The notes: generated by a model not told the origin, from the sequence alone. A stretch of DNA of 35,607 nt from a virus (IMGVR_UViG_3300030059_002847:1-35607), one strand, 5' to 3'; counted from the first letter of the stretch, positions 6,948-15,317 are shown. Program-made: numbers and translations.

Positions 6948-7318
6948 TGGGGTGTCTCCGGCTCCAACTCCCGCAACTGCTCAATTATAGTCACAGCGAT
7001 CAACAATGCCCTTCGGGCAAACATGTCTTCCTTGTCTTCGTGAGGTAGCGGCGTGTCGTTTGCGCACTGTGCAATTACTGCAGGTAACGCTTGCCCAGCA
7101 TACCATTGCAGAACTGTTAGGTTCGCGTGGGCGCATTTGTCGCCAATATCTACGTTGTTCATCAAACCAGTCCTTTCTCTGTCAGTGTCTGTTCGCCGCT
7201 CGTGAGCGCCACAAGCTGCCACCAACTGCCGCAGGATACGCACGTCCGCGCTGTCCTCGCCTACCGCTGCCGCGCGCATCTCGATGTGGGCCGCTATCTG
7301 TTCGGGGGTGTAGGTCAT
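6944..7318 (-). CDS. Hypothetical protein (LTVLQWYAGQAL motif)
   Basis: Start at MTYTPEQ with SD AGGAG. Confidence 0.65.
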   Translation of the reverse strand: MTYTPEQIAAHIEMRAAAVGEDSADVRILRQLVAACGAHERRTDTDRERTGLMNNVDIGDKCAHANLTVLQWYAGQALPAVIAQCANDTPLPHEDKEDMFARRALLIAVTIIEQLRELEPETPQ

Positions 7319-7329
7319 GATATCTCTCC

Positions 7330-7530
7330 TCAGGCGTCGCACTCTAACCAGTGATCGCCACAGCCATCTGTTGCCGCCTCCATTTCGCCACTGCACCGCC
7401 TCGGGCGATACCCGCGCGGCTGGTCCTCGTCTGGCTCGGGGTAGCGGTTGCATGTATCCCCGTCCTCTGTGCCGATCTCGTCGCGGTCGTTGGGGTGCGG
7501 GTCTGCTGTCAGGCGGTCTAGTGCAGTCAT
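7330..7530 (-). CDS. Hypothetical Cys-containing protein
   Basis: ATGA-coupled, SD AAGGA. Confidence 0.55.
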   Translation of the reverse strand: MTALDRLTADPHPNDRDEIGTEDGDTCNRYPEPDEDQPRGYRPRRCSGEMEAATDGCGDHWLECDA

Positions 7531-7790
7531 GTCGTGGGTTCCTTGTCGATTAGAGCGAGGATAGCTGCGTGAGCGTGGTGCGCGGGCTTGCCTAGGTTTC
7601 GGTTGACCGCTTCCGCCGCCTCACGCAGCGCGTCTGCCCGTGCCGTTGCCAGCGCCGCCTCAAGTTCTGCTATGCGGGCGGCTTGGGCGTATGCAATTTC
7701 CTGAACGTCCACAAATTCATCAACGCCCTTGGGTGCCACAAACAGAGCACGCAATGCCCACTCAACCGCCTCTTTGCTAATATCCGTCAT
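7527..7790 (-). CDS. Hypothetical coiled-coil protein
   Basis: ATGA-coupled; ARADALREAA motif. Confidence 0.65.
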   Translation of the reverse strand: MTDISKEAVEWALRALFVAPKGVDEFVDVQEIAYAQAARIAELEAALATARADALREAAEAVNRNLGKPAHHAHAAILALIDKEPTT

Positions 7791-7930
7791 GCCTCTTGCT
7801 CCATTTGCTTTGCTCGCGCGATTGCGTCCGCTGGTGTTGTGACTTCCGCCGTGCGCTTACCGGCTGCGTCTGTCCACGACAGCAGCGCATAGTCGCCGTG
7901 GACGATGATGTGGGGGCGGGGGCTGGTCAT
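7787..7930 (-). CDS. Hypothetical protein (MTSPRPHIIV...)
   Basis: ATGA-coupled both ends. Confidence 0.5.
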   Translation of the reverse strand: MTSPRPHIIVHGDYALLSWTDAAGKRTAEVTTPADAIARAKQMEQEA

Positions 7931-8112
7931 GGGGCGGGTTCCCCGAGCGCCTTGCGGATCATTTCCTCTGCTTGATCCCAATCCGCGCAGTCAGTGACCT
8001 CTTCTCGCCCTGCGGCTTCGATCAGCGGGAGGACTTTCTGGCAGGCCGCTTTGTATGCTTTGATAATGTCCTGCGCGCGGGCCAAATTATCGGTCATCAT
8101 GTCAGGGGTCAT
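7927..8112 (-). CDS. Hypothetical protein (MTPDMMTDNL...)
   Basis: SD AGGA; coupled to next gene. Confidence 0.5.
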   Translation of the reverse strand: MTPDMMTDNLARAQDIIKAYKAACQKVLPLIEAAGREEVTDCADWDQAEEMIRKALGEPAP

Positions 8113-8131
8113 GTGTTGTATCCTGTTGCTC

Positions 8132-8482
8132 TCATTTCCAAACCGGATCGCCGTTAAAGCGCCGATATGGGATCTTGCGTTTCTTCGGGGCCGCTCCGAT
8201 GTGCTTGGCGCGGACCCGGCGGTCCTTTGCTTTCTGCGCCACGTCTGCCGCTGTCTTGACCCGGTGAGCCGCAACCAGCGCCGGGGCGAGGTTGCTTTCA
8301 CGGTTTTCGCCTCCGTTCACTAGCGCCTGAACGTGGTCCAACTCCCACTTGTCGGCAGGGGTGATCTTTCGCCCTGTGATGTGGCAAACGCCCCGATGGG
8401 CCTCAAACACACGAAGTCTGACCCTATTAGGAATCTTGGCATCATCGGAAATTCCTATCCACTCAGGCAGCGATCTAGTCAT
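8132..8482 (-). CDS. Small HNH endonuclease
   Basis: CHITG..WELDHVQALVNGGENRESNL..H..KT. Confidence 0.85.
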   Translation of the reverse strand: MTRSLPEWIGISDDAKIPNRVRLRVFEAHRGVCHITGRKITPADKWELDHVQALVNGGENRESNLAPALVAAHRVKTAADVAQKAKDRRVRAKHIGAAPKKRKIPYRRFNGDPVWK

Positions 8483-9102
8483 TTTACATGCTTCCAATTA
8501 TTGCCGTTTATTGCGTGCCAAAGTGATCCTCTGGAAATGCCAAACTGGCGCTCCAACTCGCTATACGTCACGCCATCTCGGCGCAGGCTCCGAGCCTGTT
8601 TAACTTCGCATTCTGTCAAAATTGATTTCTTGCACTTTGAGCCTTTAGGGGTGCGCCCACGTAAAACTGCATCTTTTGCATTCTGGCTAGCTGAACCCCA
8701 AGATAGGTGATTGGGATTAATGCAGTGCTTGTTATCGCAAGAGTGCAGGACGTAAGAATTAAATGTTGGAGGCGCACCATGCGCCGCTTCACATACTGCT
8801 CGGTGGACCTTTGTCCATCTACCACAAGACAGGTAGATGCTTACGTACCAGTCACCATGGTGGCCCGGCCAACGTATGCAACCTTCCTCATCAAGCTTTG
8901 CGATCCTTGCGACAGCTTCTAATGGCCTTTCTTTTGGCTTGTTAGCTTCGGCGCAAGCTTCTTGTGCTTCTTCTCTTTTGTTGAAAGTACCAAGGTGGAG
9001 AGTTTTGCCATCTACTTTGACTTGAGCAATCCATCTCTTGCCATTCTGGGATCTGTAAACCGTCACACATCTGTCCTTTCCATCAGATAAACTCCTGCTC
9101 AT
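8479..9102 (-). CDS. Putative homing endonuclease: AP2 domain + HNH + C-terminal HTH
   Basis: RWIAQVKVDGKTLHLGTF (AP2), VHR..LHSCDNKHCINPNHL..N (HNH); AT-richer; likely true start GTG 9066. Confidence 0.85.
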   Translation of the reverse strand: MSRSLSDGKDRCVTVYRSQNGKRWIAQVKVDGKTLHLGTFNKREEAQEACAEANKPKERPLEAVARIAKLDEEGCIRWPGHHGDWYVSIYLSCGRWTKVHRAVCEAAHGAPPTFNSYVLHSCDNKHCINPNHLSWGSASQNAKDAVLRGRTPKGSKCKKSILTECEVKQARSLRRDGVTYSELERQFGISRGSLWHAINGNNWKHVK

Positions 9103-9535
9103 AGCGCAGGGCCTCGGGGTCCGTCAGGCGCACCTGTTGTCCGGTCCAGTGCTGCTGCATCGCGTCCATGAAGGCCGTCATCTGCTTGGCAGTCATGATC
9201 CGCGTCACGGGCAGGTCAAACGCCTTGATCGCCGCCAGCTTGTCCTCATAGGGCAGGTGCTTCATCGTCCGGTCATAGGAGACGCGGAACGCCTCGTTCT
9301 CGGCCCGCAGGATCGGCACGCCGAAGATCAGCTTGCACATGGCGCGCACGTCCTCGTGCGTCTGGTCGCCCAGCTGCACCGCTACGTCCGTGAACCAACG
9401 CTGTGCCAGTCTGTTTTGGGCGTGGCTGCGGCTGGCCCCTTGCGCCCATGTGACCGTCATAGGTGTTTTGCGTCCGCCCAGAAGAATGGCGAGCGCCTCG
9501 ATGTGCTCCGGCTGGCGTATGATCTTGGTCGGCAT
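9083..9535 (-). CDS. NinB/YbcN-like recombination protein
   Basis: RSHAQNRL..W..DVA, CKL.FGVPIL, T..MTAKQM..FMD; next to ssb. Confidence 0.7.
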   Translation of the reverse strand: MPTKIIRQPEHIEALAILLGGRKTPMTVTWAQGASRSHAQNRLAQRWFTDVAVQLGDQTHEDVRAMCKLIFGVPILRAENEAFRVSYDRTMKHLPYEDKLAAIKAFDLPVTRIMTAKQMTAFMDAMQQHWTGQQVRLTDPEALRYEQEFI

Positions 9536-10008
9536 CAGAACGGGATTTCGTCATCGAGGTCACGCGCGCCGCCGTATCCACCGCCGCTGTCGCCGCCCTG
9601 CTGGCCGTAGCCGCCGCCTTGATCGTACCCGCCGCCGCCACTGTTGCCTCCACCGGTCGGACCGTCCAGCATTGTCAGCGTTCCGCCGTATGCGCGCAAA
9701 ACCACCTCCGTGCTGTATTTGTCTGCGCCGGACTGGTCCTGCCATTTGCGCGTTTCAAGCTGGCCCTCGATATAGACCTTGGAGCCTTTCTTGAGGTACT
9801 GCTCAGCGATCCGCACAAGCCCGTCATTGAAGATCGCGACCGTGTGCCATTCGGTGCGCTCTTTGCGCTCGCCGCTGTTTTTGTCCTTCCATGTCTCAGA
9901 GGTGGCGATCCGCAGGTTGCAGACTTTGTTCCCGTTCTGGAAACTGCGCACCTCGGGATCGCGTCCAAGGTTGCCAATGAGGATGACTTTGTTGACTGAT
10001 CCGGCCAT
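9535..10008 (-). CDS. ssb: Single-stranded DNA-binding protein
   Basis: [20 protein letters not shown], Gly-rich linker, DDEIPF tail. Confidence 0.97.
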   Translation of the reverse strand: MAGSVNKVILIGNLGRDPEVRSFQNGNKVCNLRIATSETWKDKNSGERKERTEWHTVAIFNDGLVRIAEQYLKKGSKVYIEGQLETRKWQDQSGADKYSTEVVLRAYGGTLTMLDGPTGGGNSGGGGYDQGGGYGQQGGDSGGGYGGARDLDDEIPF

Positions 10009-10703
10009 TAGTACGCCTCCTGCTCTTGCCAGACGCGCACGCCGTCAATGGCGCGGGCCTTGTGGTTCCGGCGCACGTAGTCTTCGATAAAGGCAACCAC
10101 GGCGTCCTGATCCGTTTTGTAGATGTCGGTCAGCGCGGCCTTGTGGCTTTCGATCTGGTAGCGCGTGACGTTGCGCATTCCTTTAACCTGATCCTTGGCG
10201 GCGGCGCGGGCGGCTTTTTCGGCGTCCAGCGCGGCTTCCTTTGCCGCCTCGGCTTCGCGCTGCGCCTCAAGGTTGGAGGCGTCCGAAGCGCGGGCCTTTT
10301 CCTCGGCTTCACGACGCAGGCGGTTGGTTTCCTCCCATGCCGCGCGCTCAGCAGCCTGCTTTTCCGCTGCCAGTTTGCGCTTGAACGCATCAACGGTTGC
10401 CACAAGACAGCCCTCGATCCGCTTGGCGTCCTCGATTGTCGGCTTCCAGCGGTCCAATTCAGCCTGGTACACGGCGCGCAGCGGGGCGGTGGCCTCCTTC
10501 TGGCCCTTCTCAAGAGACAGCCGCCATTCGCGCATAGCTTTGCGCAGAGCGTCTACTGATTTCATCTGCGCTTCGCTCTCGGCGGGGGAACCGTCTGTCC
10601 AATTCGCGGCTTCCTCGCGGTCCGCTTCATAGGCGGCGCTGATGGTGTCGATTGGATCGGGCGGCTGGTTGTGGCCGATTGCGGCGGGGGTCATATCGTT
10701 CAT
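10008..10703 (-). CDS. Coiled-coil protein of the recombination module (IGHNQPP N-terminus)
   Basis: 231-aa helical ORF ending IDGVRV; upstream of ssb. Confidence 0.75.
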   Translation of the reverse strand: MNDMTPAAIGHNQPPDPIDTISAAYEADREEAANWTDGSPAESEAQMKSVDALRKAMREWRLSLEKGQKEATAPLRAVYQAELDRWKPTIEDAKRIEGCLVATVDAFKRKLAAEKQAAERAAWEETNRLRREAEEKARASDASNLEAQREAEAAKEAALDAEKAARAAAKDQVKGMRNVTRYQIESHKAALTDIYKTDQDAVVAFIEDYVRRNHKARAIDGVRVWQEQEAY

Positions 10704-10705
10704 GG

Positions 10706-11677
10706 TTAAAACATCCTGTCGATAATTTCGGTAAGATAGGCGGCGTCCACCTTTTCGGGGTCTTTGGCTTTGATCTTCTCAATGACCTCCGCGAAGTAGG
10801 CCACGTCTACGCCCGTAAGTTGTTCCTCAAGAACGGCGTGGTCGGTCATGTCCAACTCGGCAATCTGCATAGCCATCTTGAGGTATTGGCCTGCATTGAT
10901 GCGCCAGCCGCGCTCAATGAACTTGCGGGATCGGATTACGGAGCAAAGCGGGTACTTGGAGCCGTGATAGACAAGGGTGCGGCTCAGAAGGGCTTCCAGC
11001 GATTCAGGGCGCAGGGTCAGTTTCGATTGGCCGCTCTCCCAATAATTCATGCAGTGAGCGAAATCGTAGCTACTGTGAATTTCTTCGGGGTCGCCATAGA
11101 ACCGCAAGATCAACTGCACCTTGCCGCGCAGGCTGATAGCGTTGGAGCTAAGAAATACCGCCGAATAAATCGGGCCTTCTTCTTCTGCCTGATCGGCTAG
11201 TTCTCCCACGGCTGTCAGGGGGTCGAACGCTTCCGCAAGGTATTCCCCGGCTTCGTGGTCCGGTCTTCCTTCAAAATACTGGTAGTCTGCTTCCTGTTCG
11301 TCAGACGCGACCCCGGCAGACTTCACGACGATGCGGACGCGCTCTTTGCCAGAAAGGTCGGTGACTTCTTCAACGTAGGTGTTGAACGATACCCCGCCTT
11401 GTTTCTTCTTCGCGGCAAGGAATTGAGCAACGTAGTAATCGGCAACGCGGCGAACCGTTTCCTTTGTGCGAAAGTACACGTCGAAGTCGTTAACCTGCTC
11501 GCCAAGTAGCATTGAAGCGATGCAGCCCCCCGTCACGATAGCTTCTTTGCGGCATGTCTCGCGCAGGTCTTCGTCCGTAATCGTGTCTAGCCAAGCGTTA
11601 ACCTTGTTCCGCAGGACCGACTTGATCGTTTTCGCCTTGAGACCGTGGCCCGGTGCGTCATTGTCGTGATTGTTCAT
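10706..11677 (-). CDS. Nucleotidyltransferase-fold protein (poly(A) polymerase/CCA-enzyme head-like)
   Basis: hhTGGCI..L..NDFDVYF signature, later YDF..C and R..KF..RGW; SD GAGG. Confidence 0.7.
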   Translation of the reverse strand: MNNHDNDAPGHGLKAKTIKSVLRNKVNAWLDTITDEDLRETCRKEAIVTGGCIASMLLGEQVNDFDVYFRTKETVRRVADYYVAQFLAAKKKQGGVSFNTYVEEVTDLSGKERVRIVVKSAGVASDEQEADYQYFEGRPDHEAGEYLAEAFDPLTAVGELADQAEEEGPIYSAVFLSSNAISLRGKVQLILRFYGDPEEIHSSYDFAHCMNYWESGQSKLTLRPESLEALLSRTLVYHGSKYPLCSVIRSRKFIERGWRINAGQYLKMAMQIAELDMTDHAVLEEQLTGVDVAYFAEVIEKIKAKDPEKVDAAYLTEIIDRMF

Positions 11678-11688
11678 TTTATGCTTCC

Positions 11689-12507
11689 TCAGAATGGGAT
11701 TTCATCGTCCAGGTCGTTGTTGCGGTTTTGCGGGGGCGGTGCTGCAAAGCTGGCCTTGCGGCTGTCCTTGGCGGCTTCGACGTGCGCCGCGAATTCGGCG
11801 TTCTCGGACCGGAGCCATGACAGATCGTTTTGCAGCGCCTTGTTGGTCCAGACGTTCTTCAGGTGCGCCTCGTCCTTCGTGCCGTTGATCGCGGCGATCA
11901 TCTTGGCCGCGATTTCGTCGGGGTTTCGAGGGGCGGGCGGGGTATCATCCGGTTGCTGCCGATCAACGACATTGCCGGACTCTCCCTGCGCGCTTTCATC
12001 TGCGGGATGCAGATCCCCCTTGTGCCAAAGATCAAGCGCGGCTCCGAAGCGCATCGCCGCATTGCGCAGCGCATCTCCGATAATTTCCTTGATGGCATCG
12101 CCGCCGTTCTTGCCGTCTGCGTGGCCATATCCAAGCCGCGTCTGCCCGCAGACTGTCAGCTTGATCCACATGCCGCCGCTGCTGTCGCGGGCTGGCGCGC
12201 CGCTGGCGTCAAACGCAACCGGCTCCCAGTTCCAGTTCAGATCGCAATCCAAGAGCCTGTCTGTCAGCGCCGCGTGGCCTACATAGTCGAGATGAACCAC
12301 GTCCTTGTGGTGCCATTGCCCGCACTCTGTGCAGCGGATGCCTTTCTTGAAATCACTGCGAACCTCGTCAGTTTGACGCTTCGTCGGCTTCGGCAGCTTT
12401 GAAATGGCGTTGGGCGGGAACGGCGCGCGCAGCAATGCAAGGCCGGTCGGCTTGGCTTTCGCCACCTCGGTCGCGTTGCCTTGGTCAATTTTGTCTTGTG
12501 CTGTCAT
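11689..12507 (-). CDS. Rad52/Sak-like single-strand annealing recombinase
   Basis: LDYVGH..RL..W.W, KLTVCGQTR.GYG, KE..GDALRNAAMRFG..LDLW. Confidence 0.8.
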   Translation of the reverse strand: MTAQDKIDQGNATEVAKAKPTGLALLRAPFPPNAISKLPKPTKRQTDEVRSDFKKGIRCTECGQWHHKDVVHLDYVGHAALTDRLLDCDLNWNWEPVAFDASGAPARDSSGGMWIKLTVCGQTRLGYGHADGKNGGDAIKEIIGDALRNAAMRFGAALDLWHKGDLHPADESAQGESGNVVDRQQPDDTPPAPRNPDEIAAKMIAAINGTKDEAHLKNVWTNKALQNDLSWLRSENAEFAAHVEAAKDSRKASFAAPPPQNRNNDLDDEIPF

Positions 12508-12520
12508 GGCTGTATCCTTT

Positions 12521-12850
12521 TCAGCAGGCGGGTGTCGGGCAGATCATCCCGGCGGTGTCGTGGGTGGGGCGCTCCGTGGCGCTGGCGACGATGTGCGAAC
12601 CGGCAATGACTGCGGCCAAGATGCAGGCCCATACGATCAGGCCGATGATCACGCCGCGAATGAGGCCAGAGCCGTGCGGGTCGCGGCGCATCTGGTCGCG
12701 CACCTCTGCGCTTGGCTGCGATGGTGTCACAGCGTCCAGAGCAATGCGGTGGCGGGTGATTGCGGCGATTTCAGACGATCCGGCGGTGGACAGGTCGATG
12801 TACGTGTCGTCAATGACGTGGCACATGGGGGCTTGGCTGTGGCGGGTCAT
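12521..12850 (-). CDS. Hypothetical membrane protein
   Basis: One TM segment; ATGA-coupled. Confidence 0.55.
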   Translation of the reverse strand: MTRHSQAPMCHVIDDTYIDLSTAGSSEIAAITRHRIALDAVTPSQPSAEVRDQMRRDPHGSGLIRGVIIGLIVWACILAAVIAGSHIVASATERPTHDTAGMICPTPAC

Positions 12851-13272
12851 TGCGCTGCTTCCGACTTATCTAAGCCACCAACGTGTCGGGATAATACTGC
12901 GCTGCGAACCCTGCTGTGGAACGCTACCCGTTCATCTCGCTGGGTCATGTCAAACTTGTATTTACCAGCCGTCTGCGCGCCGTAGGCGATAGCAACCTCT
13001 GCTAAGAAAAAAGCGCGATCCCTTACCGCAATGATATTGATGTTCCCCCTGCGCCAAGAGGCTAGGTCAGACTCGTATTCGGCTTCAATATCTGTGGAAA
13101 ATCCAGCGGCGATTAGGCAGTCATCGGACGGGACAAGACATAGCAAATCAATGTCGTTGCCTTTGCCGCAAATCAGAGTTGAACCAACCGTGCAGACGTG
13201 AACTGGATCAATGCCAAGCTCTTTTGAAATTTGAGCTTCGGCTTTCATGCTGGGCGTTTCAAAAATACTCAT
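12847..13272 (-). CDS. Small (141 aa) nucleotidyltransferase-fold protein
   Basis: VGS..GNDIDLLCLV and SWRRGNINII; AT-richer; start at ATGA overlap 13272. Confidence 0.65.
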   Translation of the reverse strand: MSIFETPSMKAEAQISKELGIDPVHVCTVGSTLICGKGNDIDLLCLVPSDDCLIAAGFSTDIEAEYESDLASWRRGNINIIAVRDRAFFLAEVAIAYGAQTAGKYKFDMTQRDERVAFHSRVRSAVLSRHVGGLDKSEAAQ

Positions 13273-13460
13273 GCTGCGCCACCCCGTGTTTGCGTCCATA
13301 CCGCCTCCGTCAGGATCACGGGCGCGTCTGCGGCTGCATCTGCGAGCGCGTTGCGTGTGGTTTTCAGGTCGGTGCCGTGCAGGCGCGCGAACTGGCGCAC
13401 AACCTCGTTGATTTCCTCGGCCAGTCTGGTTTGAAGCTGGCATGTGTGTTCCGGTGTCAT
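13269..13460 (-). CDS. Hypothetical protein (MTPEHTCQ...)
   Basis: SD AGGAG; coupled. Confidence 0.55.
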   Translation of the reverse strand: MTPEHTCQLQTRLAEEINEVVRQFARLHGTDLKTTRNALADAAADAPVILTEAVWTQTRGGAA

Positions 13461-13471
13461 GTGGCTGTCTC

Positions 13472-13801
13472 CTACTGGAAATGTCCTGCGGCCTTCGCTT
13501 CGCCGCGTTGAAATTCGTATCCGTTCACGCTCTCCAGATCGGCGCAGGCCTTGCAGTACCAGCCGTGCAGCGTGTTCATGTCCTCGTAGCGCGCAGCCCT
13601 TCCGCAGCACTCGCAGGCCGCGTGTTCATCGGCGCAGAACCCGCAGACCGGAGCGCCGTGCAGCGCCAGCGTGGCCGCATCGGTTGCCATGTCGTCGCGG
13701 TGGAAGTCTGCCTCGCCACACAGCGGGCAGGCGCACTGGCCGTCAGATGGCAGCATGTTGCGCGCTGTCAGGGCTTGGGCGATGGTGCGGTGGATGGTCA
13801 C
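13472..13801 (-). CDS. Cys-rich putative zinc-binding protein
   Basis: Four CxxC pairs; GTG start. Confidence 0.65.
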   Translation of the reverse strand: MTIHRTIAQALTARNMLPSDGQCACPLCGEADFHRDDMATDAATLALHGAPVCGFCADEHAACECCGRAARYEDMNTLHGWYCKACADLESVNGYEFQRGEAKAAGHFQ

Positions 13802-14153
13802 GACGCACCGCCTTCAATGCCGCCGCAGTCGTCAATCGCTGCCGCAACCACATCAATAGGAACCCAGCCGTAAACGGTACTGGTGGGGCGGTCGGGTTCC
13901 TCCGCATACTCAGCAAGGCTTGGCAGCTCTTTGGAAGGAAAACCGACCTCTACTTGATGCCAAGGGCCAGCGTCATCACGAGGGCTGCAATACAGGCACT
14001 CACCGGCCTGCACTGACAGCGTTGTGCCGTCTGCGCAGGTAATTCGCGGCAAGGTATTGCGATATGTGCGCCCCCTGATTTGGGTGGTCTTGGCAGATGC
14101 AAGGTGCTCTTGAAGCTGGGCGATGGTGCTGTGGATGGTCACGCCGCACCGCC
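13776..14153. repeat. 37-bp direct repeat with 2 mismatches (13776-13812 and 14117-14153)
   Basis: TGGGCGATGGTGC(G/T)GTGGATGGTCACG(A/C)CGCACCGCC at two successive gene junctions. Confidence 0.85.
13798..14142 (-). CDS. Conserved-looking hypothetical phage protein (CADG..LSVQAG..YCSPR)
   Basis: Motifs SVQA, YCSPR, VEVGFPS, TVYGWVP. Confidence 0.75.
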   Translation of the reverse strand: MTIHSTIAQLQEHLASAKTTQIRGRTYRNTLPRITCADGTTLSVQAGECLYCSPRDDAGPWHQVEVGFPSKELPSLAEYAEEPDRPTSTVYGWVPIDVVAAAIDDCGGIEGGAS

Positions 14154-14342
14154 GTTCATTGCGGCAATGATCGCAGCGTCAGGCACCCAATGCGGTACGA
14201 TCTCGCTGGATCGCGGCGCGGGGCAGGCGGGCATTGTGCATGTGATGAAGAAGCTGCGCTCTGCGTGAGCGATCAGACCAGCCGCGACGTGATCAAGGCA
14301 CGCTTTGCCGCTGGGGGTCACTGAGATTGTCGCGTAGGTCAT
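14139..14342 (-). CDS. Hypothetical protein, first gene of the leftward early operon
   Basis: SD GAGGAG downstream of the pL-like promoter. Confidence 0.6.
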   Translation of the reverse strand: MTYATISVTPSGKACLDHVAAGLIAHAERSFFITCTMPACPAPRSSEIVPHWVPDAAIIAAMNGGAA

Positions 14343-14383
14343 TGTGTCTGTCTCCTCTGTCCGCTTGGTGCGGTATGAGGATT

Positions 14384-14435
14384 AGAATGTGATATTTCAC
14401 ACCAAGTGTCAATAGAACAAATGGGAAAAATCACA
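14384..14435 (-). promoter_or_regulatory. pL-like promoter with two operators
   Basis: Minus strand TTGACA-17-CATTCT; operators TGTGATATTTCACA (14388-14401) and TGGGAAAAATCACA (14422-14435). Confidence 0.75.
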
Positions 14436-14517
14436 TTGGACCGACAAAAGAAGATGCGGTACGTCTATTTCATGGAAAAAATTTACGCGCTGACCGACCT
14501 TCAGGCTTATATTTTGC

Positions 14518-14847
14518 TTACTGTTTTGTCGGAATCGACAGGGGCAACACAGAAAGAGCGCCTAGAAGCTGCTCTTGCCCATCTTCGTCGTATTGATCGA
14601 GAAATTCTGCAAGCTTGGCGTTGATCGCGGGGCGGCTCGTCACACCCATCATCGTTATAGGATCAGCATCCAGCGCCCTTGCCAGCTTGAAAACTGTGGA
14701 AATCTTGGGGGATTGAGAGCGCCCCTCTTCGATATCCTTGACGCCGCGTTCGCCCAGGCCAGCAGATATTGAGAGAGACTTGGCATCTATGCCTTTCTCT
14801 TCACGCAGTCTCTTTAAGTTGCGGCGAAAATTCTCGGACTCTTCCAT
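14518..14847 (-). CDS. CI-like repressor (XRE HTH, no S24 peptidase domain)
   Basis: LKRLREEKGI..LSISAGLG..VKDIEEG..SPKISTVFKLARAL; divergent from cro-like gene. Confidence 0.8.
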   Translation of the reverse strand: MEESENFRRNLKRLREEKGIDAKSLSISAGLGERGVKDIEEGRSQSPKISTVFKLARALDADPITMMGVTSRPAINAKLAEFLDQYDEDGQEQLLGALSVLPLSIPTKQ

Positions 14848-14884
14848 GCCCCAACGAATACCGCGCTCGCGCTCAGACTGGAAA

Positions 14885-14928
14885 TGTGAAATTTCCCCTT
14901 GCTGGTTGTGATAAATCACATTACAAGT
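14885..14928 (+). promoter_or_regulatory. pR-like promoter with two operators
   Basis: TGTGAAATTTCCCC (14885-14898), TGTGATAAATCACA (14907-14920); TTGCTG-17-TACAAG. Confidence 0.7.
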
Positions 14929-14934
14929 CATGAC

Positions 14935-15219
14935 ATGACACAATCAAATCAACTTCGGACCGATATTGAGGTCGCAGCCAAGGCGCTGGGTGTTTCGCCC
15001 AGCACTGTTGGAGAAAAAGCTGGGCAAGGCGGACAGTTTTACAGCCGCCTTGTGAATGGTAAGCGAGTCTGGCCCGAAACGGCTGAAAAAGTGCGCAAGA
15101 CAATCGCTGACCTCCTTGTTGAGCAGGAAGCTAAAGCAACCTGTGATGTATCACATGAGGCTGATAGCGGCGGCGTTCAAGGTCACGCTGCGGGGAAATC
15201 TGCGCAGGTGTCGTCATGA
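14935..15219 (+). CDS. Cro-like HTH protein, probably leaderless
   Basis: GVSPSTVGEKAG..FYSRLVNG..PETAEKV; no SD, ATG at the predicted +1. Confidence 0.75.
   Translation: MTQSNQLRTDIEVAAKALGVSPSTVGEKAGQGGQFYSRLVNGKRVWPETAEKVRKTIADLLVEQEAKATCDVSHEADSGGVQGHAAGKSAQVSS
15142..15155. promoter_or_regulatory. Fifth operator-like palindrome inside the cro-like gene
   Basis: TGTGATGTATCACA matches TGTGA-N4-TCACA. Confidence 0.55.
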
Positions 15220-15317
15220 GCCACCTTCGCGACCCAGAGCCGCTGCGCAAGGAAGGGCCGGAAGCCATGGCCGCGCTGGCAGAGCTGATGCGCTCGGTTA
15301 ACGGCGGTGATGTATGA
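15216..15317 (+). CDS. 33-aa hypothetical peptide
   Basis: ATGA overlaps at both ends. Confidence 0.45.
   Translation: MSHLRDPEPLRKEGPEAMAALAELMRSVNGGDV

Noticed and set aside
9560-9660. GCCGCC-type repeats in ssb
   Set aside because: Encode the normal Gly-rich SSB linker.
13273-13443. N-terminal extension of the 198-aa ORF
   Set aside because: Overlaps the 13269-13460 gene; ATGA coupling supports start 13272.
14388-15155. CRP/FNR binding sites
   Set aside because: CRP needs a 6-bp spacer and FNR uses TTGAT arms; placement around cI fits phage operators.
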